A stretch of DNA of 64,000 bases from Gemmatimonadota bacterium (GTDB lineage: Bacteria > Gemmatimonadota > Gemmatimonadetes > Palauibacterales > Palauibacteraceae): contig OY762926.1 of assembly GCA_963666735.1 (NCBI GenBank), positions 896,001 to 960,000 of the forward strand, given 5' to 3'. Numbering within the stretch: position 1 is the stretch's first letter; each line of letters starts with the position of its first letter. The notes under the pieces are model-generated. The model was not told where the DNA came from and searched no databases. It saw only the letters and a list, made by a program, of their open reading frames with translations. Shown one piece after another: positions 10,439 through 18,532 of this stretch. The position numbers and the translations under genes were made by a program.

Positions 10439-10493
10439 CGAGTAACGCCATCGCCCGCCGGCCCGCGCGGACGTATGTGGTCATGCGAATCGG

Positions 10494-10522
10494 AACATAC
10501 GGCGGGGTCCGACGCGCTGCAA
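10494..10522 (-). promoter_or_regulatory. Sigma70-type promoter for rimP-nusA-infB operon
   Basis: TTGCAG (10522-10517), 17 nt spacer, TATGTT (10499-10494). Confidence 0.6.
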
Positions 10523-10552
10523 CAGCCCGTACCGCTCGCCGGCGTTTCCGGT

Positions 10553-11314
10553 TCAGTCTCTCCGCAGCCCCAGGAAGGCGGCCATCCGTCCCGCCGTGCC
10601 GCCGCTTGCGCGGTGTGAATGAAAGTCGCCGGGGACGCACGATGTGCAGAAGCGGGAACGGGAAACGGCCCCGGGTCCGACGCCGGCCGTCGCGGCCTGA
10701 GCCGCGAGGATCCCCCTCAGGTCGAGCCGTGCGCGCGTGCCGCCAAGGCCGAAAGCGGAAAGCACGGGCGTGTCGACCTCGTAGCAGCGTCCACAGATCG
10801 CGGGCCCCAGATGGACGCGGAGATCACCGACGGCTCCCGGGGATCCGCGGTCGAGGCCGCAAGCAAGCCGGGAGATCGCGCGCGGAAGGATGCCCGCCGC
10901 CGCGCCGCGCCATCCCGCGTGGACCAGTCCGACGCGCCCGAGTTCGCGGGATCACAGGTACACGGGCACGCAATCGGCCGCCGTCGCGACCAGAAGCCAC
11001 CCGGGCCCGTCGGCGAGCTGGCCGTCCACGCGACCTGCCCGGTGGACGGTGCAGGCCTCCGGATCGGGGGCGGGCGCGACCGGGATCTCCCGGAGGTCCG
11101 TGCCGTGGACCTGGGTCGGCACCGAGACGTGGCGGAAGCCCAGCTCCCGGGCCAGATCGGTGTAGACCGCGGCCACGCGCTCCGGGGAGGCCTCCGGGGC
11201 CGCGAGGTCCCCGCGCTCAGTGGTCGTGATCCCGCACACGAGGGCCGGATCGAGCGATTCCCACTGCGACAACCGCAGCAAGCCATCCTTCCGGGTCTCC
11301 GCGACCTCGGTCAT
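10553..11314 (-). pseudogene. pgeF: PgeF/YfiH/LACC1-family protein interrupted by one in-frame TGA at 10954-10952 (pseudogene, recoding or sequence error)
   Basis: One frame reads ...QVHG...ADCVPVYL*SRELGRVGLVHAGWRG...LGPAICGRCYEV...FHSHR...GRM. ATG 11314 overlaps the murA stop. Confidence 0.85.
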
Positions 11315-12600
11315 GCGCCTTCCGGCCCCACGCGTTCGATGCGGGCACCCAGCGACGCGAGGCGTTCGTCGATGCGCTCGTAGCCGCGCTCGATCTGCCC
11401 GATGTTGTGCACGCGACTCATCCCTTCCGCCGCAAGCGCCGCGATAAGGAGCGCCATGCCGGCCCGGATATCGGGACTCTCGAGGGTCGCCCCGCGCAGC
11501 GGCGAAGGTCCCACGACGACGGCCCGGTGCGGATCGCAGAGGACGATGCGGGCGCCCATGGCGATCACCTTGTCGACGAAGAACATCCGCGATTCGAACA
11601 TCTTCTCGTGGATGAGGACGGTGCCGCGGCACTGGCTCGCGGCCACCAGCGCGATGCTGATCAGATCCGCGGGAAAGGCGGGCCAGGGTCCGTCATCGAT
11701 CTTGGGAATCTGTCCGCCGAGGTCGGGCTGGATCTCGAGTTCTCCCCCGCCGCGCACGACGAGCAGGTCGTCGCGCCACGCGAATTCAAGGCCGAGGCGC
11801 CGGAATCCGACGCGCAGGGGGTCGAAGTGGGCCGGATCCACTTCGGCGATCCCCAGCGTCGACCCCGTCGCCGCCGCAAGGCCGATCACGCTGCCGATCT
11901 CAATGTGATCCGACCCGATCCGGAACGTCCCGCCTCCGAGCGTCTCCACGCCTTCGATGACGAGCCGCGAGGTTCCGATGCCGTCGATGCGGGCGCCGAG
12001 CGTGACGAGAAAGCGGCACAGATCCTGCACGTGGGGTTCCGTGGCGGCGTTGCGCAGTTCCGTCGTGCCCGTCGCCGTCGACGCGGCGAGCACGGCGTTC
12101 TCCGTCCCGGTCACCGAGGGCTCATCGAGAAAAATGGAAGCGCCGCGGAGACCGGTAGCGCGCAGGACGTAGCGGTCTCCGACATCGACGGTCGCGCCCA
12201 GCGCGCGCAACGCGAGCATGTGGGTGTCCAGCCGGCGGCGCCCGATGAAGTCACCGCCGGGGTGCGGGAGCTGGCACGACCCCATCCGGGCGAGCAAGGG
12301 ACCGGCGAGCAGCACCGATCCGCGGATGCGGCCGGCCAGATCCGCGTCGGGGATCGCCCGCGGGTTCACGCCGGCGGCGTCGAGTTCGAGCACGCCCGGT
12401 GTCGTCCAGCCACCCTCGACGCCGAGACTGCGGAGGAGGTCAAGCAGCGTCTCCACGTCGGTGATGCGCGGGACGTTCTCGATTCGCACCGGCTCGTGCG
12501 TGAGGAGCGTGGCGGCCAGAATCGGGAGGGCGGCGTTCTTGTTGCCGGCCGGCGCGAACACGCCACTCAGCTCGTTTCCACCCTCGATCCGATAGTACAT
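11311..12600 (-). CDS. murA: UDP-N-acetylglucosamine 1-carboxyvinyltransferase, Asp-type active site
   Basis: GNKNAALPIL, PGGDFIGRR, SVTGTEN, PWPAFPAD, DIRAG and IERGYE. ATG 12600 has a GGAGG RBS. Confidence 0.97.
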   Translation of the reverse strand: MYYRIEGGNELSGVFAPAGNKNAALPILAATLLTHEPVRIENVPRITDVETLLDLLRSLGVEGGWTTPGVLELDAAGVNPRAIPDADLAGRIRGSVLLAGPLLARMGSCQLPHPGGDFIGRRRLDTHMLALRALGATVDVGDRYVLRATGLRGASIFLDEPSVTGTENAVLAASTATGTTELRNAATEPHVQDLCRFLVTLGARIDGIGTSRLVIEGVETLGGGTFRIGSDHIEIGSVIGLAAATGSTLGIAEVDPAHFDPLRVGFRRLGLEFAWRDDLLVVRGGGELEIQPDLGGQIPKIDDGPWPAFPADLISIALVAASQCRGTVLIHEKMFESRMFFVDKVIAMGARIVLCDPHRAVVVGPSPLRGATLESPDIRAGMALLIAALAAEGMSRVHNIGQIERGYERIDERLASLGARIERVGPEGA

Positions 12601-12651
12601 TGCGCCTCCTCCCACCCGTTCCCGCATCCGGCCTCGCCGACGCCGCGCGCC

Positions 12652-12679
12652 AAACTAGCCGGCGGACAAAGGGGGGCAA
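12652..12679 (-). promoter_or_regulatory. Candidate murA promoter
   Basis: TTGCCC (12679-12674), 16 nt spacer, TAGTTT (12657-12652). Confidence 0.45.
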
Positions 12680-12695
12680 ACGTCGCGGCAGGGAC

Positions 12696-12750
12696 GGTTG
12701 AGCCCCCGTTGAGCACCGGCTGAGCGCAGGTCGAGCGCAGGTTGAGCCCC
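12696..12750. repeat. Five contiguous 11-bp degenerate direct repeats
   Basis: GGTTGAGCCCC / CGTTGAGCACC / GGCTGAGCGCA / GGTCGAGCGCA / GGTTGAGCCCC. Confidence 0.9.
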
Positions 12751-12770
12751 ATGGGAACCAGACCTATACT
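12742..12770 (+). promoter_or_regulatory. Sigma70-type promoter for the DUF948-like gene
   Basis: TTGAGC (12742-12747), 17 nt spacer, TATACT (12765-12770). Confidence 0.7.
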
Positions 12771-12812
12771 CTCCTCCCGTAATCCTTCCGATCGTCCTCC
12801 GAGGGAGCCGCA

Positions 12813-13280
12813 GTGACCACATACGAGATCGCGGTCGTCGCCGGGATGGCGGTTTGGCTCGTCGTCGCGCTGGCGATTCTCATCGTCCTTCTGCGCGCGA
12901 TCCGCCTGTTGCGCGACACCCGGCAGCCGCTGGGACAGATCTCGGGCACGGTCACCGATTTGAGCGACCGCCTCAAGCCGGTGCTGCACAACGTCGAACA
13001 GGCGAGCGACCAGGCTCGACGCATCGCGGCCCGGCTCCGGGACGACGCGGACGGCGTGGGACAGGCGCTGAAGAGCGCGAGCGACTCCACCGGCCGCATG
13101 GTGGATCTGGTCGAGGAGCGGGTGGTGGAGGTCGCGGCGCTGCTCGCGGTCGTCCAGGAGGAGGCCGAGGAGACGTTCGTCACGACGGCCTCACTGCTGC
13201 GCGGACTCCGGCGCGGCAGGGACAATGTCTCGACCGCAAAGCGGGTGGCTCGGGCGCTGGGGGACCGCGGGGGAGAGTGA
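12813..13280 (+). CDS. DUF948-like single-TM coiled-coil protein
   Basis: N-terminal hydrophobic helix followed by a heptad-rich helical region. GAGGGAG RBS before GTG. Confidence 0.7.
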   Translation: MTTYEIAVVAGMAVWLVVALAILIVLLRAIRLLRDTRQPLGQISGTVTDLSDRLKPVLHNVEQASDQARRIAARLRDDADGVGQALKSASDSTGRMVDLVEERVVEVAALLAVVQEEAEETFVTTASLLRGLRRGRDNVSTAKRVARALGDRGGE

Positions 13281-13297
13281 TCGCCGCGGGCTGCTAG

Positions 13298-14942
13298 GAG
13301 CCTGCGCCGTAGAAACCGATGGTGCGGCGCGTTTCGGGTGGTTATGGTGATGGCGTGCTGTGACGGGTTCAAGTTCGGCGCGGGGAGTTGGCGATGAGTG
13401 CGAGGTCTCTACCGTACGATCCGGAGAGGATGCGGACGAGGTTCCGCCCGTACGATCCGGACCAGCGGTTGCTGCTGCCGCAGGATCTTCGCGAGTGGGT
13501 GCCGGCGGGGCATCTGGCGCACCACGTGAGCGATCTGGTGGACGCGCTGGACCTGTCGGCGTTCTACGCGCGGTACGAGGGGGACGGACGCCGTCGGAGC
13601 CCGTACGATCCGCGGATGATGGTGAAGGTTCTGCTGTACGGTTACGCGACGGGGGTGTTCTCGTCTCGGAAGCTGGCGCGGAAGCTGGAGGAGGACGTGC
13701 CGCTCAGGATGCTGGCGGCGGGGAACTTTCCGGCGCACCGGACGCTGTGCGAGTTCCGGAAGAAGAACCTGAGGGCGTTCGGTGCGTTGTTCGCCGAGGC
13801 GGTGCTTCTGGCGCGGGAGCTGGGTCTGGCGGGGCTGGGCCGGGTGGCGGTGGACGGGACGAAGGTTCGGGCGAACGCGAGCAAGCGGAAGGCGATGAGC
13901 TACGGGCGGATGGGTCCGGAGGAGGCGCGCCTGGAGGCGGAGATCGCGGAGTTGCTGGCGCGTGCGGAGGCGGCCGACGCGGAGGAGGACGAGCGGCACG
14001 GGGAGGACGTTCGGGGCGACGAGCTGCCGGAGGAGCTGAAGCGGCGGGAGGACCGGCTGGCGGCGATCCGGGCGGCGCGGGCTCGTCTGGAGGCGGAGGC
14101 GCGGGAGCGCGACGACGCGCGGGGCCGGGAGCCGGAGTGGGACCGCAACCCGAAGGGGGGGTCGCCGTACAAGCTGGCCTACGGGGAGCCGGAGGCGGAC
14201 TCGCAGACGAACTTCACGGATCCGGAGAGCCGGATCATGCGGACGAGCACGGAGGGCTACCAGCAGTGCTACAACGCGCAGGCGGTGGTCGACGGCGAGA
14301 GCCAGCTGGTGCTGGGGGCGGAGGTGACCGACAACGCGAGCGACCAGGGGCAGCTGGTGGAGCGGGTGGACGAGGTGTCCGGGCGGTTGGGGGAGACGCC
14401 GGGCGAGGTGCTGGCCGACGCGGGCTACTCGAACGAGGAGGATCTGGCGGCTCTGGATGCGCGGGGGATCGACGGCTACGTGGCGCTGGGCCGGGAGGGC
14501 AAGGGGGCCGGCAAGCCCGACCCGAAGAAGCTCCCGGCGACGGCGCGCATGGCGAAGAAGCTGGAGACTCCCCAAGGCCGGGCGGTGTATGCCAAGCGCA
14601 AGTGGATCGCCGAAGCGCCCATCGGGTGGGTCAAGGAGGCGATGGGGTTCAGGAGGTTCAGCCTCAGGGGCTTGGAGAACGTGCGCGGCGAGTGGGATCT
14701 GGTGTGTCTGGCGCTCAACGCGCGGCGCCTCCACGTCCTTCGGGCCGCGTGAGGGGCGAAATCTTCGCGCCGGAGGGCCTCCGGGGCCCGAAACGCGGCC
14801 GGATCCACCCGGAAACGGCGCCGGCGCGGCGGCTTCGCCCGCGCGACGGCGGCTCCCGCCGACAACCGGCGCCCCTCAGCCTCCGGGCGGCCGCGCTTCC
14901 CGGGATCCGCCGCCCTTCGCGACCGTTCTACCGCGCAAGCTC
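13298..14942 (+). mobile_element. IS1182-family insertion sequence, copy 1 (1645 bp)
   Basis: Imperfect terminal IRs GAGCCTGCGCCGTAGAA and GAGCTTGCGCGGTAGAA. Flanked by CTAG at 13294-13297 and 14943-14946. Ends confirmed by the second copy. Confidence 0.93.
13430..14752 (+). CDS. IS1182-family DDE transposase
   Basis: DUF772-like PYDPRMMVKVLLYGYATGVFSSRKL, with candidate DDE residues in VAVDGTKV, LADAGY and RKWIAE. ATG 13430 follows GGAGAGG; upstream starts are possible. Confidence 0.92.
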   Translation: MRTRFRPYDPDQRLLLPQDLREWVPAGHLAHHVSDLVDALDLSAFYARYEGDGRRRSPYDPRMMVKVLLYGYATGVFSSRKLARKLEEDVPLRMLAAGNFPAHRTLCEFRKKNLRAFGALFAEAVLLARELGLAGLGRVAVDGTKVRANASKRKAMSYGRMGPEEARLEAEIAELLARAEAADAEEDERHGEDVRGDELPEELKRREDRLAAIRAARARLEAEARERDDARGREPEWDRNPKGGSPYKLAYGEPEADSQTNFTDPESRIMRTSTEGYQQCYNAQAVVDGESQLVLGAEVTDNASDQGQLVERVDEVSGRLGETPGEVLADAGYSNEEDLAALDARGIDGYVALGREGKGAGKPDPKKLPATARMAKKLETPQGRAVYAKRKWIAEAPIGWVKEAMGFRRFSLRGLENVRGEWDLVCLALNARRLHVLRAA

Positions 14943-17306
14943 CTAGGCCGGGCGCAATCCGGCGTACGCCACGACGACTTTCTTCCGGCCGACCGTCTCG
15001 AACGCGATGTCGGCCTTGGCCTCCCTCCCGAATCCGTGCACCTGCAGCACCTCGCCTGCTCCGAAGCGTGGATGTACTACTCTTACCCCCGGGGCCAGCG
15101 CGAGCGGCACCTGCGAGTCGTCGTAGTCATACTCGAGTTCGCCCGGAGGCGCCGACCGTCCAGCCGCGCCGGCGCCGCCGGCGCCGCCGGCGGCGCTCGA
15201 TCCACGGTGCGCCCCCCTCTGCCAGGTGAAGGAGCGGTCGGGCTCCACCGCGCCCGCCCGGCGGACCGCATCCCCGGTCCCGGACCCTCCCTTCCCTCCC
15301 GCCGGCCGGTGCCCGCCGGGCCGACGGACGTCCCGGGCATGCCGCCGACGCCAACGCGGGGCCGCAAGCCGCGGGAGCACGTGTTCCTCCGGAAGTTCAT
15401 CGATGAAGCTCGACGGGGCGGAGTGGCTCGCCATCCCCGCCCGCCAGCGGTGGTCCGCGTACGTCAGACTCAGCCGGTCCATCGCACGCGTCACCCCCAC
15501 GTAGAACAGGCGCCGTTCTTCCTCCAGTCCGCCCGGTGCCTCCATCGCCCTCGAGAGGGGAAAGAGGCCTTCCTCCAGCCCGCCCAGGAAGACCACCGGG
15601 AACTCGAGCCCCTTCGCGTTGTGCAGCGTGATCATCGTCACCGCCTCACCATCGAAGTCCGCCTCATCGAGGTCGGAACGCAGCGAAACGGACTGCAGGA
15701 ACAACTCGAGGTCCGTGGCCTCATCGTCGGGGTCCTCCACATCGTCGCGCTCGAACACCTCCGCTGCCGCGAACAGTTCGCTCACGTTCTCGAGACGGTC
15801 CGCGCCGTCCTCCTCCTCCGCCAGCGCCGCGGCCAGGCCGAAGGTCGCCACGCAGGCCTCGAGCGCTTCCCGGGCGCTGCACGCCGGGAGCGAAGCCCGC
15901 ACGTCGGCGAGTCCGTCCGCGAACCGCCTCAGGCCGCGCGCCGCCGCCCTCGGGAGGCCGTCCTCGTGCCGCGCCCGCGCCGCGACCAGGGCGAGGGGCT
16001 CGATGGCTTCGCCCGCGTCGTCGCCCGCGCGAGCGAGTTCCCCCAACCGCTCCAGGCTCTTCGCTCCGACCCCGCGCCTCGGCCACCCCACGGCACGCAG
16101 GAAGGCGACGTCGTCCGCCGGATTCACGAGGAGCCGCAGGTAGGCAACGACGTCCTTCACCTCGCGACGCTCGTAGAACGGCACGCCGCCCACGATCCGG
16201 TACGGGATGCCGGAACGCCGGAACGCCTCCTCGAAGGCCCGCGACTGGGCGTTCGTCCGGTACAGCACGGCAAACTCGTTCAGCCCCCGCATGCCGCGGC
16301 CGGCCTCGATCCGTGACGACACCCACGCCGCCTCCGCCCGCTCGTCATCGCAGCGGACGACCTCGATCGGATCGCCGGCCTCCCGCTCGGTGTGCAGCCG
16401 CTTCGGCTTCCTCGCGAGGTTCCGGCAGATCACGGCGTTCGCGACCTCGAGGATGGACCCCGTCGAGCGATAGTTGCGCTCCAGCCGCACGACGTGCGCG
16501 CCCCGGAAGTCGGCCTCGAAGTCGAGGATGTTCCGGATGTCCGCCCCGCGCCATCCGTACACGGCCTGATCGTCATCCCCCACCACACACAGGTTCCCGT
16601 GCTTCGAAGCCAGCGCCTTCACCATCCGGTACTGGGCGTGGTTCGTGTCCTGGTACTCGTCCACGAGCACGTGGGCGAAGCGCCCGGCGTGGCGATCCCT
16701 CACGCCATCCACCGTCTCCAGCAGGCGCACCGTCTCGAAGAGGAGGTCGTCGAAGTCGTAGGCGTTGCGCCGCGTGAGTTCGCGCTGGTACGCGGGATAG
16801 ACCTTCGCCACGACCTCCGCGAGCAGGTCGAAGGCCTCGGACTCGTACTCGGCGGGACCCATGAGGGCGTTCTTCGCACTGGAGATCCGGCCGCGCAGGG
16901 CTCGGGGCGCCCAGCGCCCGGGGTCGTAGCCCGCCGACTCCATCACATCCTTGAGCGTGCGGATGGAGTCATCCTCGTCATAAATCGTGAAGGCACGCGT
17001 GCGGGAGGTGTGCGGGGCCTCCATGCGAAGGATGCGCGCGGCGATCGAGTGGAACGTGCCGATCCACAGTCGCCGCGTGGAACGGCCGATGAGCCCCTCG
17101 ATCCGTTCCCGCATCTCGCCGGCGGCCTTGTTCGTGAAGGTGACGGCGAGGAGGCGCGTCGGCTCCAGCCCCTGCTCGATGAGGCGGGCGGCCCGCGCCG
17201 TGAGCACCCGTGTCTTGCCGGAGCCCGCGCCCGCAAGGATCAGCAGCGGCCCTTCGCCGTGTTCGACCGCGTCCCGCTGCTCCGGGTTGAGGCGGAGTCC
17301 CCTCAC
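14943..17306 (-). CDS. pcrA: ATP-dependent DNA helicase PcrA/UvrD
   Basis: LNPEQ, AGAGSGKT, TFTNKAA, VDEYQDTN, NYRS, TLHNAKGLEF and EERRLFYVG, plus a C-terminal Tudor-like VVHPRFG. Start trimmed to GTG 17306. Confidence 0.96.
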   Translation of the reverse strand: MRGLRLNPEQRDAVEHGEGPLLILAGAGSGKTRVLTARAARLIEQGLEPTRLLAVTFTNKAAGEMRERIEGLIGRSTRRLWIGTFHSIAARILRMEAPHTSRTRAFTIYDEDDSIRTLKDVMESAGYDPGRWAPRALRGRISSAKNALMGPAEYESEAFDLLAEVVAKVYPAYQRELTRRNAYDFDDLLFETVRLLETVDGVRDRHAGRFAHVLVDEYQDTNHAQYRMVKALASKHGNLCVVGDDDQAVYGWRGADIRNILDFEADFRGAHVVRLERNYRSTGSILEVANAVICRNLARKPKRLHTEREAGDPIEVVRCDDERAEAAWVSSRIEAGRGMRGLNEFAVLYRTNAQSRAFEEAFRRSGIPYRIVGGVPFYERREVKDVVAYLRLLVNPADDVAFLRAVGWPRRGVGAKSLERLGELARAGDDAGEAIEPLALVAARARHEDGLPRAAARGLRRFADGLADVRASLPACSAREALEACVATFGLAAALAEEEDGADRLENVSELFAAAEVFERDDVEDPDDEATDLELFLQSVSLRSDLDEADFDGEAVTMITLHNAKGLEFPVVFLGGLEEGLFPLSRAMEAPGGLEEERRLFYVGVTRAMDRLSLTYADHRWRAGMASHSAPSSFIDELPEEHVLPRLAAPRWRRRHARDVRRPGGHRPAGGKGGSGTGDAVRRAGAVEPDRSFTWQRGAHRGSSAAGGAGGAGAAGRSAPPGELEYDYDDSQVPLALAPGVRVVHPRFGAGEVLQVHGFGREAKADIAFETVGRKKVVVAYAGLRPA

Positions 17307-18532
17307 GTCCCCCGTGTCCCGGGACGGTGGCGCGGGAGTTCGATCCGGAAGCTCGCGCCCCGCCCCGTATCCTCGAGGCGGATGGAGCCATCGTGCATGT
17401 CTTCGATGATGCGCCGCACGAGGGACAGGCCGACGCCCCAGCCATGCTTCTTCGTCGTGACGCCGATGTTGAAGACCTTGTCGCGGAGCGCGGGAGGAAT
17501 CCCCGGTCCGGTGTCGAGCACCCGGAACACGGAACGCTTGCCGTTCGGGCCGAGGTAGGAGATCACGATTCGTCCGCCGTCCGGGGCCAGCGCGTCGATC
17601 GCGTTCTTGATCAGGTTCTCGAAGGCCCACTCCAGGAGCGTCGCATTGCCCAGCACCTCCGGTGACTCGGTATCCATCTCCACCGCGATCGCGATCTTGC
17701 CGGTGCGGGAGAGCGTGGGGAGGCGGGCCTCGAAGTACTGCCGGAGCTGCAGGGCCGTGGCGCGCACGGACATGGGCTCGAGCGTCGGCTTGTGCCCGAT
17801 GAGTTCGAAGCGGCGGGAGACTTTCTGCAGGCGCGTCACATCCGCCGCCATCTCGTCGATGAGGTCCGGCTGCCCCACCTCCGACCCCCGGGGGCGCGGC
17901 CGGGTCTCGAGCACCTCCAGCCAGCCTACGAGCGAACTGAGCGGAGTACCCATCTGATGCGCCGATTCCCTGGCCATGGCGGACCAGATGCGCTCCCGCT
18001 CGCTCCGGAAGGAGAGGAAGAGGAGCCAGCCGCCGCTGCCGAGGATGACGAGGAGCGAGGCCGCCTGCAGCCACGGGAACAGGCGGAGACGACTCGTGAA
18101 CTCGGGATCGCCGAAGTGGACCTGCAGGCCGGGCGCCTCGAAGGGCGGCCTCAGCGCGTCGAGTTCGGCCACGAATTCGCGCAGCGCCTGGTCGTCCGGG
18201 TCGCCGGCCGGACCGAGCGGGAAGTCGTCCGGCAGGTGCGCGGAGCTGCTCGGGTTGCCCAACGTGTCGGTGATCACGATGGGAATGCGAAGCCGCCGGA
18301 CCTGGGCGCCCACCTGCTGTGAGGCCTGATTCCAGAGTTCGTTCTGTTCCTCGACCGTGAGGTTACCCGCCGCGGCCGCCGTGCTGACCGCCATCAGCTG
18401 CCCGAGGACCGCGGCGTCGAGCCGGCGTTCCTCCGCCTGCTGACGCGAAAAGATGGCGGACGAGACGAGGACGCCCGTGGACAGAACCGCGAGCAGAAGC
18501 GCGCCGCCGCGCCGGTTCCAGAGCCGGATCAC
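17303..18532 (-). CDS. Two-TM sensor histidine kinase (orphan within the window)
   Basis: H box MARESAHQMGTPLSSL, N box ENLIKNAIDA, G1 DTGPGI and G2 GWGVGLS. Confidence 0.93.
   Translation of the reverse strand: MIRLWNRRGGALLLAVLSTGVLVSSAIFSRQQAEERRLDAAVLGQLMAVSTAAAAGNLTVEEQNELWNQASQQVGAQVRRLRIPIVITDTLGNPSSSAHLPDDFPLGPAGDPDDQALREFVAELDALRPPFEAPGLQVHFGDPEFTSRLRLFPWLQAASLLVILGSGGWLLFLSFRSERERIWSAMARESAHQMGTPLSSLVGWLEVLETRPRPRGSEVGQPDLIDEMAADVTRLQKVSRRFELIGHKPTLEPMSVRATALQLRQYFEARLPTLSRTGKIAIAVEMDTESPEVLGNATLLEWAFENLIKNAIDALAPDGGRIVISYLGPNGKRSVFRVLDTGPGIPPALRDKVFNIGVTTKKHGWGVGLSLVRRIIEDMHDGSIRLEDTGRGASFRIELPRHRPGTRGT

Noticed and set aside
10553..11314. Genome-wide TGA reassignment as the explanation for the pgeF stop
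   Set aside because: Most neighbouring genes end in TGA at the expected positions, often in ATGA/GTGA overlaps.
13360..14946. 528-aa off-frame ORF and 441-aa antisense ORF inside the IS (both copies)
   Set aside because: Explained by the transposase's strong G-ending codon bias and low complexity. Their conservation is uninformative because the copies are near-identical.
14943..18074. Apparent long N-terminal extensions or fusions in the ORF track (pcrA 1043 aa, glyA 738 aa, tkt 1123 aa, truB, plsC, rsmD, rsmE, HIT)
   Set aside because: The extensions overlap neighbouring real genes in other frames. Downstream starts with stop/start overlaps or an RBS fit normal family lengths.
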